Below, piece by piece: positions 39,036-50,784 of a stretch of DNA of 64,000 nt. A program made the position numbers and the translations under genes. Location: assembly GCA_016872795.1 (NCBI GenBank), contig VGYZ01000007.1, positions 5,687 through 69,686 of the forward strand. The letters are read 5' to 3'. Origin of the DNA: Planctomycetota bacterium (lineage in GTDB: Bacteria > Planctomycetota > UBA1135 > GCA-002686595). The notes below the pieces were generated by a model. The model ran no database searches and was not told the DNA's origin. It saw only the letters and a list, made by a program, of their open reading frames with translations. The number at the start of each line of letters is the position of its first letter. The first letter of the stretch is position 1.

Positions 39036-40499
39036 CTAGGCCGCGATCCAGTCGCGGAACGCGCGCCGATACAGCTGACCTTCGATCAGAGTCTCGGGAT
39101 CGCACGCGCGCTTGAGCCGCGCGAACGCTTCGAGCCGGTCCTGCGGCAGGAAGCGCGCCGTGTCCTCCGCCGCGACCACGAGGTCCTTGGCGAAATAGAA
39201 ACGACCGCCGGCGGAGATCACGAGCTCGGTGAGCTCGTCGCACAGCCGCCAAAGCGCGGCGCGACGCGCGGGGTCGACCTTGAAGTCGAGCGCGAGGCTC
39301 CACCCGTCGACCGCGTGAGTGAGCCAGAACGGATCGGGGCGGTGACGCTTGAACACGCCCAGATACGGCACCTGCTCCGCCCGCCGGCAGCGCGCGAGGA
39401 TCTCGCTGTGCACATCGTGGGCGACCGCGTGCGGAACGAACGGCTGATACTGGATCAGGCCGCGCTCGGCGCGCGCTCGCCCATAGGCCCACTTCCAGTT
39501 CGGAACATAGTCGAGCAGGAACGAGAAGCCCGCATGCGACTGCAGGTAGGGCTCCCCCATCCCTTCGAGGCGACCCGCGATGTACTTCGCGGCGTTGATC
39601 GAGCGCATCCCGAGGTCGTGGTTGAAGTGCTTGAGGATCCGCCACACCTGCGACTTGGGAAACAGGCCGAGGATGTTGGCGGGCAGTTCTTGGTGCGCGA
39701 CGGTGAGCGAGCGCTCCGGCGCGGGATCCTCGCCCTCGTGCAGGTTCGAAGCGTCGTGGATCAGCCCGCGCCCGGAGGCGTCTCCACCCGGAAAGCAGTC
39801 GACCCAGCCGACGAGGTAGTCGCTCGTCGCCTTGTGCGCTTCGAAGTACGCCATCATCTCGCGCAAGTCACGCGCGCTCACTCCGCGCACGCGCGCATTG
39901 CCCGAGTGGACGCGCTTGGTCTTCAGCACGATGCGGCTGAAGCAGCCGAGCATCCCGAATCCGCCAATCGCCGCATGGAACAGGTCCGCGTTCTGCTCGC
40001 GGTTGCAGGTGCGCAGCTCGCCGGATGGCAGCACGAGGTCGAACTCGAGACACGCATCGCCGATCGTGCCGACCGCGAAGTTGTTCTTGCCGTGGATGTT
40101 GGCGGCGAGCGCGCCCGCGACCGTCGGGAACATCGTCCCGCTCACCACGCGCGGCCAGAAGCCCAGCGGCAGGATCGTCTTCCACAGCTTCTCGATCGTG
40201 ACGCCCGGCTCGAGCGTGGCGATGCCCGTGAGCGCATCGAAGCCGAGCACGCGGTCCATGCGCGAGATGTCGAGCACCATGTCGCGCGCCGGACAGCTCG
40301 CGTCTCCGTAGCTGTTGCCCCCGCCGCGCAGCGTGAGCGTCGAGCCCGCGGCGCGCGCGAGCGCGAAGCACTGCACGATCTCCTCCACCGAGCGCGGCCG
40401 CAGCACGCGCGCGTGGCGACCGACGGCCATGCCCCAGCCCTCGATGTACTCGAAGGAACTCTCCAGGGCGCGCGGCCCGCGCAGCGAGAGGATCTCCAT
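39036..40499 (-). CDS. FAD-dependent oxidase, DprE1-like (decaprenylphospho-beta-D-ribofuranose 2-oxidase family)
   Basis: Motifs line up with my recollection of M. tuberculosis DprE1. GGGNSYGD corresponds to GLGRSYGD. VAGALAANIHGKNNF corresponds to VGGAIACDIHGKNHH. DLFHAAIGGFGMLG corresponds to ELFWATVGGNGLTG. GLIQYQPFVP corresponds to GFLQYQFVIP. GGRFYFAKD corresponds to GGRLYTAKD. Confidence 0.8.
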   Translation of the reverse strand: MEILSLRGPRALESSFEYIEGWGMAVGRHARVLRPRSVEEIVQCFALARAAGSTLTLRGGGNSYGDASCPARDMVLDISRMDRVLGFDALTGIATLEPGVTIEKLWKTILPLGFWPRVVSGTMFPTVAGALAANIHGKNNFAVGTIGDACLEFDLVLPSGELRTCNREQNADLFHAAIGGFGMLGCFSRIVLKTKRVHSGNARVRGVSARDLREMMAYFEAHKATSDYLVGWVDCFPGGDASGRGLIHDASNLHEGEDPAPERSLTVAHQELPANILGLFPKSQVWRILKHFNHDLGMRSINAAKYIAGRLEGMGEPYLQSHAGFSFLLDYVPNWKWAYGRARAERGLIQYQPFVPHAVAHDVHSEILARCRRAEQVPYLGVFKRHRPDPFWLTHAVDGWSLALDFKVDPARRAALWRLCDELTELVISAGGRFYFAKDLVVAAEDTARFLPQDRLEAFARLKRACDPETLIEGQLYRRAFRDWIAA

Positions 40500-40508
40500 C
40501 GCGCGCCC

Positions 40509-41318
40509 CTAGATGTTCATGCCCTTGAAGAGCAACGACGGGATGTTGCGAATCACCGCGGCGACGAGCGTCCACTTGAACGGGACGAAGACTTCGTTGC
40601 GCCGCGAGCGCGCCGCCCTGAGGATCGAGCGCGCCGCAGCCTGCGCGGAGATCGCGCCTTGGATGGTGCGGCCCTGCGCGCGCGCTTGTGCGAGCATCGC
40701 CGTCTCGACGAAGCCGGGCTTGATCGTGCAGACATGCACATCGTAGTCGGCGAGGCGATTGCGCAGCGCCTCGAGGTAGTGGTTCAGCGCGGCCTTCGTG
40801 GTGCCGTACACCGGATTGCCCTTGCGGCCGCGCTCGCCCGCGATCGAGCTGATGCCGACGATCGTGCCGGAGCGCTGGGTGCGAAACAGCTTGGCCGCCT
40901 CGTTGGTCCACGCCACGGCGCCGCCGACATTCACGGCGAGCATGTCGAGGTCCTTGCGCGTGTCGAACTCCTGCGCGCCTACCTCGGTCATGATGCCCGT
41001 GGCATACACGAAGAGGTCGAGTCCGCCGAGCTCGCGCGCACAGCGCTCGAACAGCGCGGGCACCGCGTCGAAGTCGTGCACGTCGTGCGCGAGCGGAATC
41101 ACATTGCCGCCGCAGCGCCGCGCGAGCTCCTCGAGCGCGTCCTTGCGGCGCGCGATCGCGACGACGCGCACACCCTCGCTCGCGAGTTGCTCGACGAGCG
41201 CCGCGCCCATGCCAGAGCTCGCCCCCACGACGATCGCGTGACGCTCCTTCGCGCGCCGCCCGGACTCAGCTTGCGGGGCGGGCGCGTGGGCGTCGTGGGC
41301 GTCGGATGCTTGGTCCAT
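40509..41318 (-). CDS. SDR, DprE2-like (decaprenylphospho-2-keto-pentose reductase family)
   Basis: The ORF reads IVVGASSGMGAAL, SSIAGERGRKGNPVYGTTKAAL and CTIKPGFVET. The C-terminus VFVPFKWTLVAAVIRNIPSLLFKGMNI parallels the DprE2 tail ...[21 protein letters not shown]. Confidence 0.75.
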   Translation of the reverse strand: MDQASDAHDAHAPAPQAESGRRAKERHAIVVGASSGMGAALVEQLASEGVRVVAIARRKDALEELARRCGGNVIPLAHDVHDFDAVPALFERCARELGGLDLFVYATGIMTEVGAQEFDTRKDLDMLAVNVGGAVAWTNEAAKLFRTQRSGTIVGISSIAGERGRKGNPVYGTTKAALNHYLEALRNRLADYDVHVCTIKPGFVETAMLAQARAQGRTIQGAISAQAAARSILRAARSRRNEVFVPFKWTLVAAVIRNIPSLLFKGMNI

Positions 41319-41378
41319 GGGCGAGAGTATTTCGCAAGCCCGGCCAACTTTCCAAAGGAAGAGCCGTCAACGCGGATT

Positions 41379-42137
41379 TCAGTACAGCGAGAAGGTTGTT
41401 CCGTCCGTCAGCCGGGCGCAAGGCTGCGGCCTTCCCGTGGCAAGTCCGAGCACCTTGGCCGACTCGTACCACAGGCGTCCCGAGCGCGTTGCATCCGCCA
41501 CGGCGATTCCGCGGGGCTCCCCCCACGCGGCGACGAAGCGCCGCCAGACTTCGTGCCGCGCAGCGCGCGCGAAGTGAATCGGGTCCAGACCGTACCAGCG
41601 CTCCTCGAGCTCGACATGCGCGAGGCCGAACCTGCGCGCGAGCTCGCGCGTCCGCGCTTCGAGCTCGCGCGACTCCTGCAGCAGGCGTTCGCGCTCGATC
41701 GCGTGAAATGGGAACAGGACACGCTTCAGCACCTCGAACTGCCGCGGCGAGATGTGCTCGAGCTTCGCCAGAGGCAAGCCGGACAGCGTGCCGCGAGCGC
41801 CCCGTGCGACGAGTCGTTCGATCGACACCTCGACCCACGCGGCGACCTCCGCGGCGCTCGAGCCGAAGGCCAAGTCGTTGCCGAGATCGAGCGCCACGAA
41901 CCAGCTCGGTGCAGCCTCTCGAAGCTCGAGCTCCCGCCACAAGCCGCAGGCGTCGATGCCCGGCAGCTCGCGCACGAGGAACCGGCTGCGTGCGCCGAAG
42001 GAGCGCCCGCGCCCGAGCGCCGCGAGCACTTCGACCGGACCGCCGAGGTGCGCGCGCGCGGCGTCGACGGCGAGCTCGAGCCCCAGCGCGAGGTTGCTCG
42101 CCCCGAGCAGCACGACGCGCGGCGTTTGAGGCTGCAT
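41379..42137 (-). CDS. SGNH/GDSL-like hydrolase-fold protein (hypothetical)
   Basis: Block I-like VVLLGASNL, block III-like LDLGNDL, and block V-like DPIHF. Same strand as, and just upstream of, the DprE2/DprE1-like pair. Confidence 0.5.
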   Translation of the reverse strand: MQPQTPRVVLLGASNLALGLELAVDAARAHLGGPVEVLAALGRGRSFGARSRFLVRELPGIDACGLWRELELREAAPSWFVALDLGNDLAFGSSAAEVAAWVEVSIERLVARGARGTLSGLPLAKLEHISPRQFEVLKRVLFPFHAIERERLLQESRELEARTRELARRFGLAHVELEERWYGLDPIHFARAARHEVWRRFVAAWGEPRGIAVADATRSGRLWYESAKVLGLATGRPQPCARLTDGTTFSLY

Positions 42138-42168
42138 GCGCGGACTGTTCTAATCCGCCGAGCCCACG

Positions 42169-45100
42169 ATGGCACGCCCCACCTCCATGCACACGCCGCT
42201 TCGCCCCCGCATCCTCGTCCTCGCCGTCGCCACCCTGCTTGCCGCCTGCGGCCCGAGTGCGAACCCGCAGCAGGACCAGATCGCGCGCGAGCTCGCGGCC
42301 GCCAGCTTCGCCAAGGACAACCGCGCGCAGGCCCTCGAGGCGCTCAAGCCACTGCTCGAGCGTTCGGACGCCTTGCCCAGCGACCTGATCGACGCGGCCT
42401 GCGTGCACCTGCGCCTGGGCGACGCCGACGGCGCAGGCAAGCTGCTCGAACGCGCGGCGAAGGCGTCGCAGGACGACCCGCGCTACTTCTACAACCGCGG
42501 TCGCATCGCACAGTTCAACGCCGACTTCGAGGGAGCCGCGCAGGACTTCCGGCGCGTGCTCGAGCTCGCGCCCGAGGATCTCCCGACGCGCTTCAAGCTG
42601 ATCGACTCCGTGCAGGGCGCGGATCCCGCCGAGTACGAACGCCTGCTGCGCGAGGTCGTCTCGCGCGGCATGGAGAACGCAGGCTCGTGGTACTTGCCCG
42701 CGATCTACAAGCTGGGCTTGCACTGCACGATGACGGAGCGCGAGGCCGAGGGCGAGAAGCTGCTCGACGAGCACCAGTCGCTCGGCAACCGCGGCGTGCC
42801 GAGCCCGCGCACGGACGACTTCGACATGGGCAACTTCGGCCGCATCGCGTTCCCCGCGCCGCGCGGATCGCAGTTCAGCGGCACAGGCGCGCTGCCGAGC
42901 TTCGCCGCGGCCACGCCGATCCTGCCGGAGTTCGCAGGCGCGCGCGGCGTGAACGCCTGCGATCTCGACAACGACGGCGACCTCGATCTCGTCGGTTGGG
43001 GCGAGCGCGGCCTCGTGTTCGGGCTGCAGGAGCCCGGCGGCTGGCGCGCGCTACAGGTGACCCCGGCACCGGTCGAGCTCGCGCTCGCCTTCGACCTCGA
43101 CGGCGCGAAGGGCGACAACGCTCTCGACATCGTGTACGTCTCGCAAGGCGAGCTCAAGCTCGTGCGCAGTGCGCGCAGTGTCGCGGACAAGTCGGTGAGC
43201 TGGGCGTTGAGCGCGAAGTCGCTGCCCAAGCCCGCCGGCGCGATCTCCGACGGTCTCACGGTCGATTACGACCACGAGGGCGACCTCGATGTGCTGCTCG
43301 TCGGAAGCGCCGGCGCGCAACTCTTGCGCAACGATGGCCTCGCCTCGGAGAGTGCGGACGGCACGCTGAGGGATGTCACCTCCGAGGCCAAGCTGCCCGT
43401 CGGTCCGCCGTTCGCATGGTGCCTCGCCGAGGACTTCGACACGGATCAGGATGTCGACCTGCTCCTCGGGCGCGAGGGCGCGCACTTCCTCGCCTCCAAC
43501 TTGCGCGGCGGCGTCTTCGCCGATGCCTCGGGCGAGCTCGCGGGCTTCGTCGCGCGCTCCCGTCGCCCGCTGGTCGCGGATCTCGATGGCGACTCGCGCC
43601 CGGATGTGTGGTCGGGCGATGGGACGATCCTGCGCGCCCAGCTCGGCGGCGGCTGGAAGGCCGACGGCAAGGCCACCGCGCCCACGGGCACGCTGCCCGG
43701 CAACCAGCCGCTGTTCGCGCTCGACCTCGACCTCGACGGCAGCCTCGATGCGCTCTGGCCCATGGCCGACGGCACGCGCCTGCAAGGCCAACTCGCGCTG
43801 GGGACCGCGGCCAGCGCTCCGACCGAGCTCTCGCTCGCCGCTCCGCCGAGTTGGATCGACGACCTCGACGGCGATCTCGCCTGGGACGCGCTCGCGATCA
43901 CGCCCACAGGGCTCTCGCTGCAGCGCGGCGAGCGCGGACCCAACGGCGCCGTGCGGCTGGGCTTCCGCGGCGTGAAGGACAATCGCCGCGGCGTCGGCGC
44001 GATCGTCGAGCTGCGCGCGCAGGAAACCTACCGGCGCGTGTTCTGGCGCGGCGAGGCCACGCTGCTCGGCGTCGGGACGCACAAGGAGACGGACCTCGTG
44101 CGCGTCACATGGCCCAACGGCGTGATCCAGTATGAGCTGCGCCGCGACCTCGGCAACCGGGCGAGCACGGGCAGCCTGCTGGAGCAGAGTGAAGGCCTGG
44201 TCGGCTCGTGCCCGTTCCTCTACAGCTGGAACGGAACCGAGTTCGTGTTCGTGAGCGATGTGCTCGGCATCACCCCGCTCGGCCTGCCGATGGCGCCCGG
44301 CATGCTCGTGCCACCGGACCACGACGAGTTCGTGCTCGTCACCGGCGAGCAGCTCGCCCCCAAGGACGGCTTCCTCGAGCTGCAGTTCACAGAGGAGCTG
44401 CGCGAAGTGACCTACCTCGACCGCATCCGCATCGAGGCCGTCGACCATCCGAAGAGCACCGAGATCTACCCCAACGAACTGTTCACATTTCCGCCCTTCC
44501 CTGCGCCGCACACGCACACCGTGCGCGCACCGCTCGCGCCGCGCGCCACAGGCAGCGACGGGCGCGACTGGTCGGCCGAGCTCGCCGCGATCGACGCTTC
44601 CTATGCGGCGCCCTTTGAACCTGCGCCGGGCCAGTTCCTCGGTCTCGCCAACCCGCATTTCCTCGAGCTCGCGTGGGACAAGGACGCGCTCGCGAGCGCG
44701 TCGAAGCTGCGGCTCGTGATGACCGGCTGGTTCTACTGGACGGATGCGAGCGTCAACATGGCGAGCGCGCGCGACCCCGAGTTCGAGTTCATCCCGCCGA
44801 TGCTGCAGGTGCCCGATGACCAAGGCGGCTGGCGCACGGCCGGTCCGCCGATCGGCTTCCCCGCGGGCAAGACCAAGAGCATGGTGGTCGATGTCACGGC
44901 GCTGATCGACCGCGCCGACCCGCGCCTGCGCCTGTTCGGCTCACTGCGCCTGTACTGGGACTCGATCCGGCTCGCGACCGACAAGGACGACGCTCCGCTC
45001 GAAGTCACGGGCCTCGAGCCCAGCGAGGCGCGGCTGTGGCTGCGCGGCTTCAGCGACCCCGAGCGCTCGGAGCTCCCCCATCAGCCCGAGCGCTTCGACT

Positions 45101-45519
45101 GGGAGCGCATCGCGTGGCAGCCGCGCTGGAACCAACACCCCGGCTCCTACACCAAGCTCGGCGATGTGCTGCCGCTGCTCGGGGCAATCGACGACCGCTT
45201 CGTGATCATGGGCTCGGGCGACGCGCTCACCGTGCGCTTCGACGCGCGCGAACTCCCCGCACTCAAGCCCGGCTGGCGCCGCGACTACCTCGTGTTCCTC
45301 GACGGCTGGGCCAAGGACCGCGACCCGAACACCGTCGAGGCGCTGTATGTCGGGCCACTGCCCTTCCACGGCATGAGCGCCTACCCCTACGGCGCGGGCG
45401 AGAGCTTCCCCGAGGACGCCGAGCACGAGGCCTGGCGTCGCGAGTGGAACACGCGCCCCGCGCACCGCTGGATCGCGCCCGTGCACGCGGGCGAGCCGCT
45501 GCCCGCGCCGCGCGAGTAG
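42169..45519 (+). CDS. TPR + FG-GAP/VCBS repeat + ASPIC/UnbV (CRTAC1-family) lipoprotein, 1116 aa
   Basis: Lipobox TLLAAC followed by N-terminal TPR-like helices. Repeated calcium-binding-like DxDxDGDxD loops are present (CDLDNDGDLDLV, VDYDHEGDLDVL, ADLDGDSRPDVW, LDLDLDGSLDAL). The UnbV-like segment reads NRRGVGAIVELRA...VRVTWPNG. Confidence 0.8.
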   Translation: MARPTSMHTPLRPRILVLAVATLLAACGPSANPQQDQIARELAAASFAKDNRAQALEALKPLLERSDALPSDLIDAACVHLRLGDADGAGKLLERAAKASQDDPRYFYNRGRIAQFNADFEGAAQDFRRVLELAPEDLPTRFKLIDSVQGADPAEYERLLREVVSRGMENAGSWYLPAIYKLGLHCTMTEREAEGEKLLDEHQSLGNRGVPSPRTDDFDMGNFGRIAFPAPRGSQFSGTGALPSFAAATPILPEFAGARGVNACDLDNDGDLDLVGWGERGLVFGLQEPGGWRALQVTPAPVELALAFDLDGAKGDNALDIVYVSQGELKLVRSARSVADKSVSWALSAKSLPKPAGAISDGLTVDYDHEGDLDVLLVGSAGAQLLRNDGLASESADGTLRDVTSEAKLPVGPPFAWCLAEDFDTDQDVDLLLGREGAHFLASNLRGGVFADASGELAGFVARSRRPLVADLDGDSRPDVWSGDGTILRAQLGGGWKADGKATAPTGTLPGNQPLFALDLDLDGSLDALWPMADGTRLQGQLALGTAASAPTELSLAAPPSWIDDLDGDLAWDALAITPTGLSLQRGERGPNGAVRLGFRGVKDNRRGVGAIVELRAQETYRRVFWRGEATLLGVGTHKETDLVRVTWPNGVIQYELRRDLGNRASTGSLLEQSEGLVGSCPFLYSWNGTEFVFVSDVLGITPLGLPMAPGMLVPPDHDEFVLVTGEQLAPKDGFLELQFTEELREVTYLDRIRIEAVDHPKSTEIYPNELFTFPPFPAPHTHTVRAPLAPRATGSDGRDWSAELAAIDASYAAPFEPAPGQFLGLANPHFLELAWDKDALASASKLRLVMTGWFYWTDASVNMASARDPEFEFIPPMLQVPDDQGGWRTAGPPIGFPAGKTKSMVVDVTALIDRADPRLRLFGSLRLYWDSIRLATDKDDAPLEVTGLEPSEARLWLRGFSDPERSELPHQPERFDWERIAWQPRWNQHPGSYTKLGDVLPLLGAIDDRFVIMGSGDALTVRFDARELPALKPGWRRDYLVFLDGWAKDRDPNTVEALYVGPLPFHGMSAYPYGAGESFPEDAEHEAWRREWNTRPAHRWIAPVHAGEPLPAPRE

Positions 45520-45583
45520 GCCTGCGCGTCGGGTCCGGCGCCGCGCGAGTAGGCCTGCGCGTCGGGTCCGGCGCCGCGCGAGT
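45506..45583. repeat. 33-bp direct tandem repeat, about 2.4 copies, filling the gap between two convergent genes
   Basis: The unit cgccgcgcgagtaggcctgcgcgtcgggtccgg begins at 45506, 45539 and 45572 (the last copy partial). Copy 1 contains the TAG stop of the upstream gene, and the last partial copy abuts the TAA stop of the thioesterase gene. Confidence 0.9.
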
Positions 45584-46017
45584 TACGCGAGGCCCTCGAA
45601 CTCGGCCACGGCCGAGCGGAAAGCGCTCGTCATCGGCGCACTGCGACCGTTGCGCGCGTCGTACACGACGAGCACGGCCTCGGCCTCGCACCACACGCGG
45701 CCGCCGGGCGTCTCGCGCACGCGGTAGGCCTGCTCGAACGACGACTTGCCCAGCCGCGTGGTGATCACCTCGATCTCGACCTCGGCGCCGCCGCGGCCGG
45801 GGCTCACGAAGCGGATGTTGCAGCTCCCGAGCACGAACGGGAAGTGGTTCTGCTCCAGCAAGCCCAGACGCTGGAAGTAGGCGTGGCGTCCTTCTTCGAG
45901 CAGGGTCAGATAGACCGCGTTGTTGAGCACATTCTGGTTGTCCTCGTCGGACCAGCGCGTGCGCGCCTTGCAGCGGAAGCGAATGCGAGACGGCTCGGGC
46001 ACCTGCGGGACATGCAT
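45583..46017 (-). CDS. Acyl-CoA thioesterase (hotdog fold, 4HBT/YbgC-like)
   Basis: 144 aa reading ...RTRWSDEDNQNVLNNAVYLTLLEEGRHAYFQRLG... The ATG at 46017 lies inside the implausibly long track ORF 45583..46824. Confidence 0.75.
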   Translation of the reverse strand: MHVPQVPEPSRIRFRCKARTRWSDEDNQNVLNNAVYLTLLEEGRHAYFQRLGLLEQNHFPFVLGSCNIRFVSPGRGGAEVEIEVITTRLGKSSFEQAYRVRETPGGRVWCEAEAVLVVYDARNGRSAPMTSAFRSAVAEFEGLA

Positions 46018-46028
46018 GGGCCGAGACT

Positions 46029-46970
46029 CTAGAACCTCGTCGCCGCGGGCGCGAGAGGCCGCGCCACGGGGCGACGCGCGACGAGCCGCACGCCGCCAAA
46101 GGTGAGCAGCATGGAGAGCGCGAAGTGGCCGGGCAGGGCCTCGTCGAGCCACCACAGCGCTCCGACGACCGTGATCATCGGCTGCAGGAAGATGAACGCG
46201 GCGGCCGTCGAGGCCGAGACGCGCGCCAGCGCGAAGGAGTTGAGCAGGTAGGTGAAGATCGTCGGGAAGATGACGATGTAGAGGATCGAGAGCCACGCCT
46301 CCGTGGGCGCGGCCTCGGGCACGAGCGGAGTCGCCGGTCCCACGAGCAGCGGGATCGCCCAAGCCGAGAGCAGGAACACCCACGCGGTCAACACGAGCGG
46401 CGGGTACTTGCCGAGCAACGGACGCAAGAGCACGAAGTAGATCGCGTAGCACAGCTCGTTGCCCACGACGAGCAGGTTGCCCGTGAGATGGTCGCTGCCG
46501 AGGCGGCCGCCGCGCTCGAACAGCACGAGCCCCGCACCCGCGAACGCGACCGCCATGCCAATCGCGCGCGGCAGGTCGAAGCGCTCTTGGCGCGCGAGCA
46601 CCGCCACGATCAGCGTGAACACGGGGATCAAGGGCAAGAGCAGCGCCACATTGACGGCCGTCGAGCGCTGCAGGCCCTCGAGGAACATCACCATGTTGAG
46701 CACGATGCCGAGCAAGCCGCACAGAAAGAGCCGCGGCAGGTCCGCGCGGTCGGGCAGGAACTTGCGGCCGTGGAGCGCCGCCGCCAGCGAGCCGAGGACG
46801 AGGCCGCCGACCGCGATGCGCCACGCCCCCACCGCCTGCGCTCGGAAGCTGCCGAAGGCGACCTTCCCGAACAGCGGAAACAGGCCGAAGAAGAGCTGCA
46901 CGAGGAGCAGCGCCGCCACACCTTGGGAGCGACGGGCGCGCTCGAGCGGACTCAAGCTCAGCGTGGCCAT
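46029..46970 (-). CDS. DMT-superfamily (EamA-type) transporter
   Basis: About 10 predicted TM helices in two EamA-like halves. The start is taken at MATLSLSPLER (46970). Confidence 0.8.
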   Translation of the reverse strand: MATLSLSPLERARRSQGVAALLLVQLFFGLFPLFGKVAFGSFRAQAVGAWRIAVGGLVLGSLAAALHGRKFLPDRADLPRLFLCGLLGIVLNMVMFLEGLQRSTAVNVALLLPLIPVFTLIVAVLARQERFDLPRAIGMAVAFAGAGLVLFERGGRLGSDHLTGNLLVVGNELCYAIYFVLLRPLLGKYPPLVLTAWVFLLSAWAIPLLVGPATPLVPEAAPTEAWLSILYIVIFPTIFTYLLNSFALARVSASTAAAFIFLQPMITVVGALWWLDEALPGHFALSMLLTFGGVRLVARRPVARPLAPAATRF

Positions 46971-47043
46971 CGGAGCACGGTAGCGCCGACGCATCCGCGA
47001 ACGAAGCAGCACGCGCACAATCCCGGCCCTACACTTCGCAGGC

Positions 47044-47595
47044 ATGAGCCAAGCCCCTCGCCCGTGGACCCGCGTGTACAGCCACTACGGCCCCGACCTG
47101 CTGATCTGCCGCGCGCGCTTCGACACGCTCACCAACCCGCGCACGGGCAAGGACATGCTGCGCACCGTGCTCGAAACCCCGCAGTGGTGCAATGTGGTGG
47201 CGCTGACGCGCGAGCGGCGACTGATCGTCGTGCGCCAGTTCCGCTTTGGCAGCAGCTCGATCACGACCGAGATCCCCGGCGGCGTCGTCGATCCGCTCGA
47301 AGAACACGGGCATGCCGCGCGGCGCGAGCTGCGCGAGGAATGCGGCTACACGAGCGAGCGCTGGACCTACTTGGGCTGCGTCGAGCCCAACCCAGCGTTC
47401 CACGACAACCTGTGCCACCACTGGCTCGCCGAAGACTGCGAGCTCACCGACCCGCAGGACCTCGACAGCGGCGAGGACATCGTCGTCGACACGCTCGCGC
47501 TCGACGAGGTGCGCGCACGGATCGCCGCGGGCGAAATCCGCCACGCGCTCGTGATCAGCGCGCTCGCGCGCGTGCTCGACCTGCGCCGCCCGTGA
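47044..47595 (+). CDS. NUDIX hydrolase (ADP-ribose pyrophosphatase-like)
   Basis: Nudix box GGVVDPLEEHGHAARRELREECGY. Confidence 0.85.
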   Translation: MSQAPRPWTRVYSHYGPDLLICRARFDTLTNPRTGKDMLRTVLETPQWCNVVALTRERRLIVVRQFRFGSSSITTEIPGGVVDPLEEHGHAARRELREECGYTSERWTYLGCVEPNPAFHDNLCHHWLAEDCELTDPQDLDSGEDIVVDTLALDEVRARIAAGEIRHALVISALARVLDLRRP

Positions 47596-47605
47596 GACCG
47601 GACGC

Positions 47606-50090
<2,485 letters not shown>

Positions 50091-50234
50091 AGCGCGGATC
50101 TTAGGCCCAAAGTTCCGCGCCGCGAGGCCTAGTTCCCCCGCAAATCACATTCGCCGACCCACGCGCAGGCGCGCTACCCCCGCGTCACCCGCGAGGAACG
50201 CGCGGAGGACGCCCCCCGCGCGGGGCAAGCGCCT

Positions 50235-50522
50235 CTAGTCGTCGTCCTCGTCCTCGTCGTCCCACAGGTCGCTATCGCCGTCTTCTCCGTCGTCGTCCTC
50301 GTCCTCGTCGACTTCTTCATCATCTTCTTCGTCGTCGTCGTCGGCCTCGTCGTCCTCATCCTGAAAGTCGTCTTCGAAGTCGTAGTCGCCCGCTTGCATG
50401 GGCACATCGAAGGACGCCGAAGGAACGAGGGACACGGGAATGTCGACGAGGGGGGACTCGTCCGGAACGGTCGCGGAGCTTTCTTCAAGCGCTTGCATCG
50501 AGGACACCTTGGGTCGTTGCAT
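50235..50522 (-). CDS. Small hyper-acidic protein (C-terminal 50 aa contain 39 Asp/Glu)
   Basis: The ORF reads MQRPKVSSMQALEESSATVPDESPLVDIPVSLVPSASFDVPMQAGDYDFEDDFQDEDDEADDDDEEDDEEVDEDEDDDGEDGDSDLWDDEDEDDD. Start is uncertain (ATG 50585, 50522 or 50498). Confidence 0.5.
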   Translation of the reverse strand: MQRPKVSSMQALEESSATVPDESPLVDIPVSLVPSASFDVPMQAGDYDFEDDFQDEDDEADDDDEEDDEEVDEDEDDDGEDGDSDLWDDEDEDDD

Positions 50523-50622
50523 GTGCCTCGCGCACGCTGCGCCTTCGGTCCGTCCCGGAAGGAGCCGCAGAGCGCGCAAGGACATCTACGAGTCTTTTCC
50601 AGCCACCATCGAACGCGCAAGG

Positions 50623-50663
50623 AAAAAAAGAGTGCCGCTGCGATCACGCTCACGCGGAGCGGC
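50623..50663 (-). terminator. Rho-independent-type terminator candidate downstream of the tRNA
   Basis: On the minus strand, the GCCGCU...AGCGGC stem (50663-50634, extended by GCG/CGC) is followed by ACUCUUUUUUU. A 7-T run is conspicuous in this GC-rich genome. Confidence 0.45.
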
Positions 50664-50784
50664 CAAACCAGCCCGTCGAGGGCCAGCGCTCGAACGAACG
50701 ACGGGGCCCGAACAAGACCCGGGGCGCGAACGAGGAGGGACCCCTCTGGCATCCACATCGGTGCTCCCGGCGCGCGCCGCGGGT

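Noticed and set aside
38553-44135. 1860-aa ORF on the + strand, the longest in the track, plus similar giants such as 60992..63892 (-), 5050..7152 (-), 7011..8867 (-), 13778..16783 (+) and 33667..36789 (+)
   Set aside because: Their translations are Arg/Ala/Pro/Gly-rich low-complexity strings with no motifs. Each lies antisense to or out of frame with genes that carry strong, recognisable motifs (DprE1-like, FG-GAP protein, spermidine-synthase-like, groEL, and others). Long stop-free alternative frames are expected at this GC content.
45506-45583. Possible CRISPR array
   Set aside because: There are only about 2.4 directly abutting copies of a 33-bp unit, with no spacers and no cas genes anywhere in the window. 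It is a simple tandem duplication.
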